From positions 1 through 50,909 of IMG/VR virus record IMGVR_UViG_3300008108_004916: a stretch of 50,909 nucleotides of DNA; one strand, written 5' to 3'. Below the pieces are notes generated by a model that was given only the letters and a program-made list of their open reading frames with translations, did no database searches and was not told the origin of the DNA. This stretch comes from a virus (taxonomy: Duplodnaviria; Caudoviricetes). Below, one piece after another: positions 39,749 to 48,859 of the stretch (within the stretch, counting starts at the first letter, position 1; the number at the start of each line of letters is the position of its first letter). A program made the position numbers and the translations under genes.

Positions 39749-41008
39749 TTATTTTGCAGGTACTGTTCCTGGTGGTAATACATACCCAGCAACTCTTCCT
39801 AAATTTGGAGTTCTAACAAAACAACCCATACCATTATGATAAACTTTACCATCCAATTTCCCTGATGTATTGCCTTCGATAGTTGTAACAACACCATTTA
39901 CAACAGAAGCTACAATACCAATATGACAATAAGGTCTTTTTCCATTATAAATAATAGCTGCTCCAACAGCTGGTGTTGCTGACCATAAACCTTTCTTCTT
40001 TGCCCAAACAGGCCAATTAGGAACATATGGTATCCAAAAATCTAAGTCTTTTGGATTTACACCTGCTTCTTTCCACCACGTACCCACAGCACATGCACAC
40101 CACCAATAACCACTACCTTTTTTTGCTATTTCAGCTGCATTATTTAGACCGTTCAATTTTATCATATAATCAATTCTTCCAAATTCACCAAATGGTAATG
40201 CTCCATTTCCTGTTGGTGATTTTTTACCACCACAATCGGCAAACGCACCAGCTGTATTTTTTGACTCAGCGATTCCAATATCAGTTTTTGCAACCTGTAC
40301 TATTCTAGCTCCCAATTCTCCTGTTGTGAAATCTGTTGATAAATTTGTGTAGTTATCATCAGTCATATTTTGAATATTACCTTGACCTTTTGGAGCATAT
40401 TCTTTTGGCTTAAATCTTGGTCTTGGTTTTGTTATTTTTTCAGCAGATTGCTCTATTGATAAATTATAATCACTGGCTAATTCTTCTTGCAGTTTTGCTA
40501 CATAATCTGTTGCTGTTTCATCATCCGATTGTATTGCTTCTGCTAGTTCTTGTGTTTTTACTTCTCTTTGTTCTTGAGTTAATTTGAAATCTTCTGGGGT
40601 TGGCGGTGGAGGGTCTGCATGAACTATTGGTTGCCAAGATCCTGCATTTGTTACTATGTTACTAATTACAGCTATATTTTGAGTTGCACCTTTTGCTGGT
40701 ATTTTGGGTATTGGGTATTGATTTAATTCAGCCCCTGCCCAATAAGCTAACACACCCTGTCCCATTTCACCAACTAAATCATATGGAGCTTTTGAATTAA
40801 CTCCTTTTTCTAAAGCTGCTCTGAAAAATTGTTTCATAGCTTGAACATTTCCTCTTTTTATTGAAACATTATTAATAACATCTCCACCTCTTTTTATAGC
40901 AGCATCATATTCCGTTGCATACAATTCTGCAATTGTATCAATATCGGGAATCCCATCAGGATTATCAGCAACATTTAATATATTTCTTCTAAACGTTTCC
41001 CAAGACAT
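39749..41008 (-). CDS. Virion-associated lysin with a C-terminal CHAP domain
   Basis: WCACAV, HIGIV and TIEGNT. Confidence 0.85.
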   Translation of the reverse strand: MSWETFRRNILNVADNPDGIPDIDTIAELYATEYDAAIKRGGDVINNVSIKRGNVQAMKQFFRAALEKGVNSKAPYDLVGEMGQGVLAYWAGAELNQYPIPKIPAKGATQNIAVISNIVTNAGSWQPIVHADPPPPTPEDFKLTQEQREVKTQELAEAIQSDDETATDYVAKLQEELASDYNLSIEQSAEKITKPRPRFKPKEYAPKGQGNIQNMTDDNYTNLSTDFTTGELGARIVQVAKTDIGIAESKNTAGAFADCGGKKSPTGNGALPFGEFGRIDYMIKLNGLNNAAEIAKKGSGYWWCACAVGTWWKEAGVNPKDLDFWIPYVPNWPVWAKKKGLWSATPAVGAAIIYNGKRPYCHIGIVASVVNGVVTTIEGNTSGKLDGKVYHNGMGCFVRTPNLGRVAGYVLPPGTVPAK

Positions 41009-41011
41009 AAA

Positions 41012-42250
41012 TTAAGCAGTTGAATTAAGTTCACTTAAAATAGTTTTTAATTTTGATTTTATATTATTAAAAGTTGGTAAATTTTCAGGTCCAATTTTAG
41101 AAGGACCGGAAGGTGTTAAATAATTTTGTTTAGCTATTGCATCAATCAATTCAGTTAATAAATCAACCAATTTATTTCCTTTTACTATTGGTTCTAATTG
41201 TACGTTTCCTAAATTAATTTTTCCGTTTTTTGTATTTAAGTTTATATTTCTATCATTGGTTGTTACATTAATATCCGCACCAACATTAACTTCTATACCA
41301 AGTGCATTATCTATTGATAACGCACCATCTGAAATAAATCCATAGTTCTTTTTTGAAAAAAACATCATTTCAGCATTCTTTGAAGATAATATGATTCTAC
41401 CAGAATTCATTATAATTTGGTCTCCAATTAATTTTTCGGGATAGTTTTTGAAAGATGTTGGGTTTGTATTAAAATCAGAATTACCTTTACTATCAACTGT
41501 TCCTGGTAAAAATTGAGATTGGTATTTATCAGAAGTAATCGCTATTGTACTACCATCTTTATTAATATCTTCGATTGTTGTTACAGTTATAAGATTTTGT
41601 CTTGAATTTGAATTTTCTGAATTTCTTATAATGATTGATGGTGAAAATTCATTTCTATCATTATTATAAGCTGAAAACCTTATAGATTGTCCAAATCTAG
41701 ATTCTATAATACTATCACCTTCAAACAATTTTAATTTATGAATTCCTTTTTGTGGACTAAAATAATCACCAAATCCATCAAATTTATTTTGACTTGAATT
41801 AGTTGATTTTGGAAGACCTGTATTTTCTACAATTTTATAATCAGTAGATGAGTTTTGTTCCTGAACTGCTGGATAAGTTTTTTTAATATATTCAGGATCT
41901 GAATTAATGTTTGGTGTTTGTTCTGCTCCAATTCTTCTATATAACGTATTACCACCACCTGTACTAATGATTTCTACTACCTCATTTCTAACAGGTAAAC
42001 TTTTAATTACCTTTTCAGATGGGAATGCTAAAGGTAAATTTTTTTCATTATTTTGAGTAAGACCGGTATATCTGAATTCAATAGCTCCAACTAATTGTGT
42101 TTTTTCTTCAATATTTTCTGAGTTTTTTATTCTAGGATGATTTTCATCTAATATTACAGAATAAACTACACCTGTGCCTGGCGTGCTTCTTGCTTTTTCA
42201 TTACCTTGCGCAACAATATTTGTTGATATTGTAGAATTTTGTATTGCCAT
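41012..42250 (-). CDS. Baseplate hub/spike protein (gp5/gpV-like)
   Basis: N-terminal OB-fold-like LPVRNEVV, GDSIIESRFGQSIRF, beta-repeat C-terminus and INLG...EPIVKG. Lies upstream of the lysins, gp25 and gp6. Confidence 0.65.
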   Translation of the reverse strand: MAIQNSTISTNIVAQGNEKARSTPGTGVVYSVILDENHPRIKNSENIEEKTQLVGAIEFRYTGLTQNNEKNLPLAFPSEKVIKSLPVRNEVVEIISTGGGNTLYRRIGAEQTPNINSDPEYIKKTYPAVQEQNSSTDYKIVENTGLPKSTNSSQNKFDGFGDYFSPQKGIHKLKLFEGDSIIESRFGQSIRFSAYNNDRNEFSPSIIIRNSENSNSRQNLITVTTIEDINKDGSTIAITSDKYQSQFLPGTVDSKGNSDFNTNPTSFKNYPEKLIGDQIIMNSGRIILSSKNAEMMFFSKKNYGFISDGALSIDNALGIEVNVGADINVTTNDRNINLNTKNGKINLGNVQLEPIVKGNKLVDLLTELIDAIAKQNYLTPSGPSKIGPENLPTFNNIKSKLKTILSELNSTA

Positions 42251-42251
42251 A

Positions 42252-42644
42252 TTACTTTACCGCTTTTTTAAGTTCTTCCAATTCAAATTCTAAATCATCT
42301 ACTCTTTCTACTTCTTGTTTAGTTTCTTCTAATTCTCTAAGAAGTTGATTTTTTTCAAACTCAGTAAGGAATCCTTCTTGTCCCTCACTTTTCTTTTCAG
42401 CCGCTACAATCTTTTGTGCAATTGATGCAAGTTTCACTAATTGGTCATCATTTTTTACCGATGAATCAATTAATCCTTGAAGTACAGGTCCTACCGTAGC
42501 AACATCGCCTGCATGTTTTACCATTTTCTTCAATTCTTCTATAAGAGAAGATATTTTTTGTTTTTTAGATACTTGGTTGTTGTAAATATCTTCAAATAGG
42601 GAACTTAGATTTTTACCCTTAAATAACTCGAAATCTGTTGACAT
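42252..42644 (-). CDS. Hypothetical helical protein
   Basis: Motif at 42667-42674; coiled-coil character. Confidence 0.7.
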   Translation of the reverse strand: MSTDFELFKGKNLSSLFEDIYNNQVSKKQKISSLIEELKKMVKHAGDVATVGPVLQGLIDSSVKNDDQLVKLASIAQKIVAAEKKSEGQEGFLTEFEKNQLLRELEETKQEVERVDDLEFELEELKKAVK

Positions 42645-42696
42645 ACTAATTCTTTTAATGTATGTCTATAAATATGTATATCAGGAAAAGTTGGGA

Positions 42697-43509
42697 TTAA
42701 ACTGAGATTATCTCAATTTTAATCTTAGGTTGGTATCCTTTTGGTAATTGATTGTTTATACCTTTGAATTCTTTTACCTTATCTTTGAAATAAGTAATTT
42801 GTAATATACGGTCGGTAAGATTCATTACCGTTTGAGATGATGTAGACATTTCTTTTGTATCTCTTTTCATATTCAATTGAGGTCTATTTGGAAAGAACTC
42901 TTTTCTCATAGCCTGTGCAATTTCTGTCCAATCTTCAACTTTATCAACTGATTTTTCAGCTGATATTTTTCTCATCTTTGAACTTAGGTATTTCTCACCA
43001 TGTGTATATCCCGCATCGGTAAACATATGTCCGTGATTTGTACGAACAACGGGTGATTCGGTATTTTGTAATTTAATATCAGGTTTATGTTTAGATGTAG
43101 TTTCTACACTAATCATATGTTTTGGTGAAGATATGAATGTGTGACCTTTGAGAGATAATCCACTTTTACCTTTGTATGTAATTGTTGCTTTAAGAGCATC
43201 TTTTAGTGTAGGTTGTTTGATGATATTTCTCATCTTATCACCGTCAGGACCAGGCTTACCACCTTTCTTTACAATCTTATGCTCAGCCTCATCATGTCCA
43301 ACCAATAGTGCTGAATTAACTACTCCAATTCCTTTTTCGTTTAATCCTTCACTCCAGTCAGTTACTAAATCATGTAGGTATGCAACTTCCACACCATCTA
43401 TAATAGTGTGAACAATTTCTAAAGATGGATTGTAAGCTCTATCTCTATTTTTAGCTAAGATAAACTTATCTCCAACTTCTTTGGATACAATAATACATTC
43501 GTTTATCAT
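42697..43509 (-). CDS. Cys-nucleophile Ntn hydrolase (peptidase C45/NRDE-like)
   Basis: MINE-CIIV...ILAKNRD, EGLNEKGI, VRTNH and S..R. Confidence 0.72.
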   Translation of the reverse strand: MINECIIVSKEVGDKFILAKNRDRAYNPSLEIVHTIIDGVEVAYLHDLVTDWSEGLNEKGIGVVNSALLVGHDEAEHKIVKKGGKPGPDGDKMRNIIKQPTLKDALKATITYKGKSGLSLKGHTFISSPKHMISVETTSKHKPDIKLQNTESPVVRTNHGHMFTDAGYTHGEKYLSSKMRKISAEKSVDKVEDWTEIAQAMRKEFFPNRPQLNMKRDTKEMSTSSQTVMNLTDRILQITYFKDKVKEFKGINNQLPKGYQPKIKIEIISV

Positions 43510-44019
43510 ATGGTTGGTAATCCTTGTTGTTGTGCAAATTTATTTATAAACTTTTTTGTAGTACCATCACTCAACACACCAGTCCATTCTTTAACAGCTT
43601 CTCTAGTTATATTATTTTTCCATTGTTTATAGCTTATTGTTAATCCGTTTTTTAATGGAATATCTTTACTATTTTCGTTTTTATCAGGGTGTATTTCTTT
43701 GAATGTTTTTTCTAATTCTTCTTGTGCTATTTTAGAACTTAACCATTTACTAACTAATTAATTTTTCAAATTCCGCCTCAAACTCTTTTATTTTTTTATC
43801 ATTTTTAAGTGTAAAGTAAACGTATTTATTAAAATTAGTATTATTACCAATTCTGTCTAACCATTTTATATGTGGTTCTTGTGTATAATTTTTATATTCG
43901 GATTTATTTCTGATACCTCTTATGACCTGACTAATTACAAATATAGCCACATTTACAAATAGCCATGTTACAGCTTCTTGTACAAAACTTTCTTTTATTA
44001 ATGATTTTAACTTTATCAT
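43506..44019 (-). pseudogene. MIKL-leader protein interrupted by a one-base frameshift near 43757
   Basis: MIKLKSLIKE...EFEKL stops at TAG 43750. The +1 frame continues LVSKWLSSK...QQGLPTI to TGA 43506, which overlaps the next ATG. Confidence 0.6.
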
Positions 44020-44020
44020 A

Positions 44021-44323
44021 TTATTTACAGGTCTTCCAACCACCACCTTTTGATTTGTAATTTTTTGCAGCCCATCCATTTGCATATGCTGATGGATATA
44101 CATCAAACTTTCTTTTAGCTGCCGCTTTTGATGCTGACCACTTTTCTGGGTCAGTTGGACAATTCTTTTCTAAAAATAATTCTAAAGCTTCTTCTACCAA
44201 CTCGTTTTTCTTTCTACCCTGACAATGTGCTTTTTGTGAGAATCCTTTTGGGTTGTTACAATCAATAGAGCGCTTATACTTCTGGCTCCATTTTTCATTA
44301 ATTATATCGGTTAGCTTTATCAT
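44021..44323 (-). CDS. Putative internal head protein with two small modules
   Basis: Leader MIKLTDIINE, then KWSQKYKRSIDCNNPKGFSQKAHC and YPSAYANGWA..YK..GG.W modules separated by LVE/FLE. Confidence 0.7.
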   Translation of the reverse strand: MIKLTDIINEKWSQKYKRSIDCNNPKGFSQKAHCQGRKKNELVEEALELFLEKNCPTDPEKWSASKAAAKRKFDVYPSAYANGWAAKNYKSKGGGWKTCK

Positions 44324-44326
44324 AGT

Positions 44327-44944
44327 TTAACTTTTTGCTATTATATCATTACCAGTCCAATCACCATTTCTTACTTCAATTCTATCATTGTATTGAAATG
44401 CTGACCATTTGCCTGGTAGTTTTCCTATATTCTTCTTAATATAAGATAAATATATTCTACCTCTTTTTGAATCAACATCACTTTCAAGTCCTTTGAAATC
44501 TGCTTTTGGATAAATGTGAATTCCATTTACCTTAATATCATCATCAACACCTTTCACAAAATCTTTTATAGTTTCAATTACAGTAGCCATTAAACTATAC
44601 ATTTCTCCAAAACCGGTTTCATATTCATCCCTTGCTCTCTTTACATTAAATCCAATTGAAACTTCCATTTCGTATTTATCTTTTGGTGGGTCTTTTCTTT
44701 TTTGACCAGGTAATACCAAAATCATAGGGTTCTTTTTTCTTAAAATACAAGCAAATTTTACCAAATAACGAGACTTATCACCAATTACTTCATACACAAA
44801 ATCTTTTTGCTTTGTATATTTGTCAATTGTTGATGCCGTTTTTAGTGATTTGAAAAATGAACTGAAATTACCTTTTCTATTGTATGAAAATGGTTTTGCT
44901 GAACCTTCTCCAACCTCTGATAATATCTTTTTTAGTGAAATCAT
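44327..44944 (-). CDS. Putative internal head protein
   Basis: Leader MISLKKILSE. Confidence 0.68.
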   Translation of the reverse strand: MISLKKILSEVGEGSAKPFSYNRKGNFSSFFKSLKTASTIDKYTKQKDFVYEVIGDKSRYLVKFACILRKKNPMILVLPGQKRKDPPKDKYEMEVSIGFNVKRARDEYETGFGEMYSLMATVIETIKDFVKGVDDDIKVNGIHIYPKADFKGLESDVDSKRGRIYLSYIKKNIGKLPGKWSAFQYNDRIEVRNGDWTGNDIIAKS

Positions 44945-45258
44945 TATGCACCTGTCTTAACAAATGTTGGTTTTTGACCTTTTGATTTTTCACCGCCTTT
45001 CTTAGCATCTCCTGCTTTTGATTGTGCAGCTCTTTTTCTTTTTACAAATGCCGCTCTACCATCAGGTCCTAACTTAGCTGCTTTTTCTTTTGATAGGCAA
45101 GCTGCGTATGGGTCTCCTGCTTTTGAATCACCACACTTACCAACCTTCTTACCTTGTGCATTGTATCTATCCCAACCACCACCAGTTGTAGAACCAGTCT
45201 TGCCCTTACCAAACCACTTACGAAGGTCTTCTCCTAATATGTCTTTAAGTAATATCAT
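44944..45258 (-). CDS. Putative internal head protein, very basic
   Basis: Leader MILLKDILGE, followed by DLRKWF...GGGWDRY. Confidence 0.68.
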   Translation of the reverse strand: MILLKDILGEDLRKWFGKGKTGSTTGGGWDRYNAQGKKVGKCGDSKAGDPYAACLSKEKAAKLGPDGRAAFVKRKRAAQSKAGDAKKGGEKSKGQKPTFVKTGA

Positions 45259-45605
45259 TAGTTGATGTAAGCGTTTAGTTCATATTCGTTTTGCCCACCA
45301 TACATACTTCTAACTAAAGAACCATCAGAATCTCTTTTGAAAGTACCCATATTATAAACTTGAATATGTAGCATTTTCTTTTGTGGTTTTCCATCTTTAG
45401 TTAATTCAATTGAAAATCTATTTGTCTTACCAGCAGATGGTTTTCTAGGGCCCATTCCTATTTTTCTAAAAGAATCTTCATCATCAACTTCATATCCTTT
45501 TTTCTCCGCATATGCTTTAGCTGTAGCTATTGCTGCTGAGTATGTTTTATGATATACTTGATAATCTGATTTTGCTTCTGTTATTAAATCTTTTAACTTT
45601 ATCAT
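45258..45605 (-). CDS. Putative internal head protein
   Basis: Leader MIKLKDLITE. Confidence 0.68.
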   Translation of the reverse strand: MIKLKDLITEAKSDYQVYHKTYSAAIATAKAYAEKKGYEVDDEDSFRKIGMGPRKPSAGKTNRFSIELTKDGKPQKKMLHIQVYNMGTFKRDSDGSLVRSMYGGQNEYELNAYIN

Positions 45606-45606
45606 A

Positions 45607-45879
45607 TTAAAATGCTATTGTTACTAAATCACCATCAGCTTCTATCCAACGAACTTTAAGTGCTAATAACTTTTTTAGTGTATTAGCATCAAATCTATAT
45701 CCGCTACCAAAGTTACCACTTGCTTCTATATCAACAATCATTCCGTGAATACCATCAAATATTTGAGAGTGCTTTCCACCTATGATTTTTTCAAATGCTT
45801 GAACCTGCTTTTGATGAACTGGTTTCAATTCTTTATACATCACTTCCGATGCTTCGTTAATTTGTGTTAGCTTTATCAT
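45607..45879 (-). CDS. Putative internal head protein
   Basis: Leader MIKLTQINE. Confidence 0.65.
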   Translation of the reverse strand: MIKLTQINEASEVMYKELKPVHQKQVQAFEKIIGGKHSQIFDGIHGMIVDIEASGNFGSGYRFDANTLKKLLALKVRWIEADGDLVTIAF

Positions 45880-46535
45880 TATTTTTTAACTTTAATTTTC
45901 CAATAAGTACCAAATCCAACATAAGGTGAGAATGAACCATTAGTTCCATCAGTAGTTCTGTTGTTTACACCCAATCCAAGTTGGTAAATCTTATCTTTCT
46001 TAGTTTTAAGAATTACACCAGCTCCAATTGCAGAAACATAATCAGTTTTATTAAATCCAGCATTCAAACCATAATATACTTGATTTCTAGCAGGTTCTTT
46101 AACAATAAGTTCTTCTTTGATGATTCTTTCTTTTACTTTAGCATCCCAAGTTCTACCTAATATTCTATTCTTTGTGATAGTATCCGTTAATGCAATAGTT
46201 CCCAATCCACCATCTAAAGTTAGGGTATCTTTGTAAACAATCTTTGCTAAGTAATCTTTAAGGATTGCTGCACTATCTACATTTATCATTTCTTTAAGTA
46301 CTAAAGTATCTACATCAATTACTTCATGTACAATATCTTTTCCTTTCTTAGTAACTACTTTTACTTTCTCTACTTCAACAGTATCTATCGTATGTTTTAT
46401 AACTTCGTATTTTTTACCATCAATTCTGATAGTTCTTCCGCCTGGCATAACTCCACCTGGGTTAAACCATTGTAATAAAATCCAAATTACCAATGCGGCA
46501 ATGGCAATGTTTTTGAAATTAACAAATTTTTTCAT
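45879..46535 (-). CDS. Membrane-anchored protein with an N-terminal TM helix and C-terminal amphipathic beta strands (possibly spanin-like)
   Basis: IAIAALVIWILLQW TM segment and a beta-strand C-terminus. Motif at 46553-46560. The function is a guess. Confidence 0.55.
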   Translation of the reverse strand: MKKFVNFKNIAIAALVIWILLQWFNPGGVMPGGRTIRIDGKKYEVIKHTIDTVEVEKVKVVTKKGKDIVHEVIDVDTLVLKEMINVDSAAILKDYLAKIVYKDTLTLDGGLGTIALTDTITKNRILGRTWDAKVKERIIKEELIVKEPARNQVYYGLNAGFNKTDYVSAIGAGVILKTKKDKIYQLGLGVNNRTTDGTNGSFSPYVGFGTYWKIKVKK

Positions 46536-46561
46536 AAGGTATTATTTTTGTGTATAAATAT

Positions 46562-47977
46562 TTACAAAACCAATTTAGAACCAATTTGGAAGTTGTTCAT
46601 AATAGTAAACTTAGGTTCTAAAGATAATACAGCCCTATAAGCTGCTGAAAATGCGAATCTTTTACTAAGTCTGAAATCATATCCACTTCCCACAACAAAA
46701 CCAGGTATTCTTGTCACCAATGTTCCCTTTGTTGATGGATTGTAACTAATTGGTGAATTCATATAGAATATTTGTGGTGAAATTGTGGTTTTACGATTGA
46801 TTTGGTAAGGTTTAGTCCAAAATCCCACAAATGATGTCAACAAATTCAAATTATATTTTTGAGTCATTGGATTTTTAATTTGTAATGCAATAACACCAAC
46901 ATTGTATCCATAAGTTCCCCATTTAGGATGTGGTTTTACATAGGTATATCCTAACATTTGCATCCAAGTTCCTTTCAGATACGCTGCGGTTACTGAATAT
47001 GAATGAATACCATTTAATTTACCTTCTTCAAAATCCATCTTTGTCATACCACCACTAACTGCGTATTGGTCTAACGTACTCCAAATAAGTGCGGTAGCAG
47101 AATAAGATTTATCACCCATAAGAGATGATTTAGATATACCAACACTTGCCAATGCTGCATATTTTCCTTCCATATCTTGAGTTCCTGCTAAATCTGCTGA
47201 AACTAACATAGGATTTACTGCATTCTTTCCTTTCTTTTTATCATCCTTCTTTTCCTCTTTTTTCTCCTCTTTCTTTTCTTCCTTTTTTTCTTCGGATTTA
47301 GATTCTTCTTTCTTTTCTTCCGATTTACTTTCACTCTTTTGCTCTTCCTGCTTCTGCTCAGATTTTTGTTCACTCTTTTGTTCTGATGAAGATGATGAAC
47401 TACTACTCTCCGATTTAGTTTCAGAAGATGAAGATGATGAGCTGCTTGAGCTGGATGAAGATGAACCAGAACTACTGCTAGAACTTCCAGAAGTAGTGCT
47501 TCCTGATGATGAAGATGTAGGTGGTGGTGTAGAACTAGCCGATGAAGATGCTGCCGCTGATGCGGAACTGCTTGCTGCTGAACTTGCTGATGATGAAGCG
47601 GCTGAACTAGCAGCAGATGATGCAGCTGAACTTGCTGCCGATGCCGCTGCTGATGCTGCTTGGGATGTTGCCTGATTTACAGTTTGGTTTACAGTTTGTT
47701 GCACCACCTGATTAGTAGGACAACCCATTGTAGAATATTGTGCGTAAACGGTTGTCAACCAAGCCTGTGTAACACCACTCATTACTTCAGTTGCAGTAAA
47801 TGTTCTGACCTGATTATAGAATGATACCACATAGTTACCATTCACCATTTGTGTTGTAACTAGCTTTAATTCACCAGTACACTTGTCCACATAGGATTGG
47901 GTATAAGTTTGCCCGCTCACATTTTGTGTGAACAGGCAACTTAATACCAATAAAAAAATACTTAGATATTTTACCAT
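46562..47977 (-). CDS. Secreted protein with a Ser/Ala-rich linker, EEKK repeats and a C-terminal beta-barrel-like domain
   Basis: Signal peptide MVKYLSIFLLVLSCLF, low-complexity region at about 47240-47660, and alternating aromatic beta strands. Confidence 0.65.
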   Translation of the reverse strand: MVKYLSIFLLVLSCLFTQNVSGQTYTQSYVDKCTGELKLVTTQMVNGNYVVSFYNQVRTFTATEVMSGVTQAWLTTVYAQYSTMGCPTNQVVQQTVNQTVNQATSQAASAAASAASSAASSAASSAASSSASSAASSSASAAASSSASSTPPPTSSSSGSTTSGSSSSSSGSSSSSSSSSSSSSSETKSESSSSSSSSEQKSEQKSEQKQEEQKSESKSEEKKEESKSEEKKEEKKEEKKEEKKDDKKKGKNAVNPMLVSADLAGTQDMEGKYAALASVGISKSSLMGDKSYSATALIWSTLDQYAVSGGMTKMDFEEGKLNGIHSYSVTAAYLKGTWMQMLGYTYVKPHPKWGTYGYNVGVIALQIKNPMTQKYNLNLLTSFVGFWTKPYQINRKTTISPQIFYMNSPISYNPSTKGTLVTRIPGFVVGSGYDFRLSKRFAFSAAYRAVLSLEPKFTIMNNFQIGSKLVL

Positions 47978-47978
47978 T

Positions 47979-48800
47979 TTAGAAATTAAGTCCTAAACCA
48001 AATTGGACATAATCTCTAATAGGGTCAGTGTCAAACTTGATTGTAAAGTTTTTAATGTCATACATAACACCGACCTTCGCTGTAACAAAATTTGAATTGT
48101 ACTTAGGGAAAGTTATTTCACCCAAAGCATCTTTACCTCTCCATCTTACTATCTCTCTACCAGCACCTATCATTGTATGGAAGCCGGTTCTTTTGTATCG
48201 GATACCACCACCAACATAAAACGTTCTTTCTTTTTTAAGGTCTGAAATTAGTGGGAAATCTACTCTACCAATTGTACCATAAGGAAAGAAAGTAGAACGG
48301 TCAGTTGCATAAGTTGAAACAAAATCCATTATGAAATATCCTTTGTTACCAACTGCGAAATAACCACCGATTTGTTCGTTTGTTGTTTTGTGTAAACCAA
48401 AATTTATGATAGGTTTTTTACCTCTTATAGTATCTTTCCTACCATCATTGTAAACATATACTCTTGCAGGTTGACGGTATCCCCAATCATTCCAATACCA
48501 CATAGGAGTATAGAAGTTCCAACCGAAACCAGGTGCTCCCCACATATCCCATCTATTCCAACCCCATCCCCAATTGTTCCAACCCCAAGGATTGTTGTTG
48601 ATGATGATGTTTGAGCCAGGCTTTGTTTGTGGTCTATTAAACTCTCTAGGTGATTGGTTTCTCCACATACTCATATCACTTCTCTGTCCTTGAACAGATG
48701 GAGTTGATACTCTAGGTTGTGGTGGATTAGTTCTCCAAGAGGAGACTTGAGATAATGCAACTAATGGTAGTAACATTATTAAGAATAATAGTTTTTTCAT
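47979..48800 (-). CDS. Putative outer-membrane beta-barrel protein with a Trp/Gly-rich segment
   Basis: Signal peptide, WGWNNWGWGW segment and a C-terminal YVQFGLGLNF BAM-type signal. AGGAGG SD and a motif at 48820-48827. Confidence 0.65.
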   Translation of the reverse strand: MKKLLFLIMLLPLVALSQVSSWRTNPPQPRVSTPSVQGQRSDMSMWRNQSPREFNRPQTKPGSNIIINNNPWGWNNWGWGWNRWDMWGAPGFGWNFYTPMWYWNDWGYRQPARVYVYNDGRKDTIRGKKPIINFGLHKTTNEQIGGYFAVGNKGYFIMDFVSTYATDRSTFFPYGTIGRVDFPLISDLKKERTFYVGGGIRYKRTGFHTMIGAGREIVRWRGKDALGEITFPKYNSNFVTAKVGVMYDIKNFTIKFDTDPIRDYVQFGLGLNF

Positions 48801-48828
48801 AGGTCCTCCTTTTTGTACCTATAAATAT

Positions 48829-48855
48829 AAAAAAAGGGAGTTTAGTACTCCCTTT
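48829..48855 (-). terminator. Rho-independent terminator
   Basis: Minus strand AAAGGGAGT-actaa-ACTCCCTTT-TTTT right after the 48860 stop. Confidence 0.8.
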
Positions 48856-48859
48856 CGTT

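Noticed and set aside
35664-42250. Bacterial contractile injection system or T6SS
   Set aside because: Primase, the recombination nuclease, lysins and internal-protein-like genes indicate a true phage.
43747-43752. TAG readthrough or an alternative genetic code
   Set aside because: The TAG is followed immediately by TAA, the continuation is in another frame, and all long genes are intact in the standard bacterial code.
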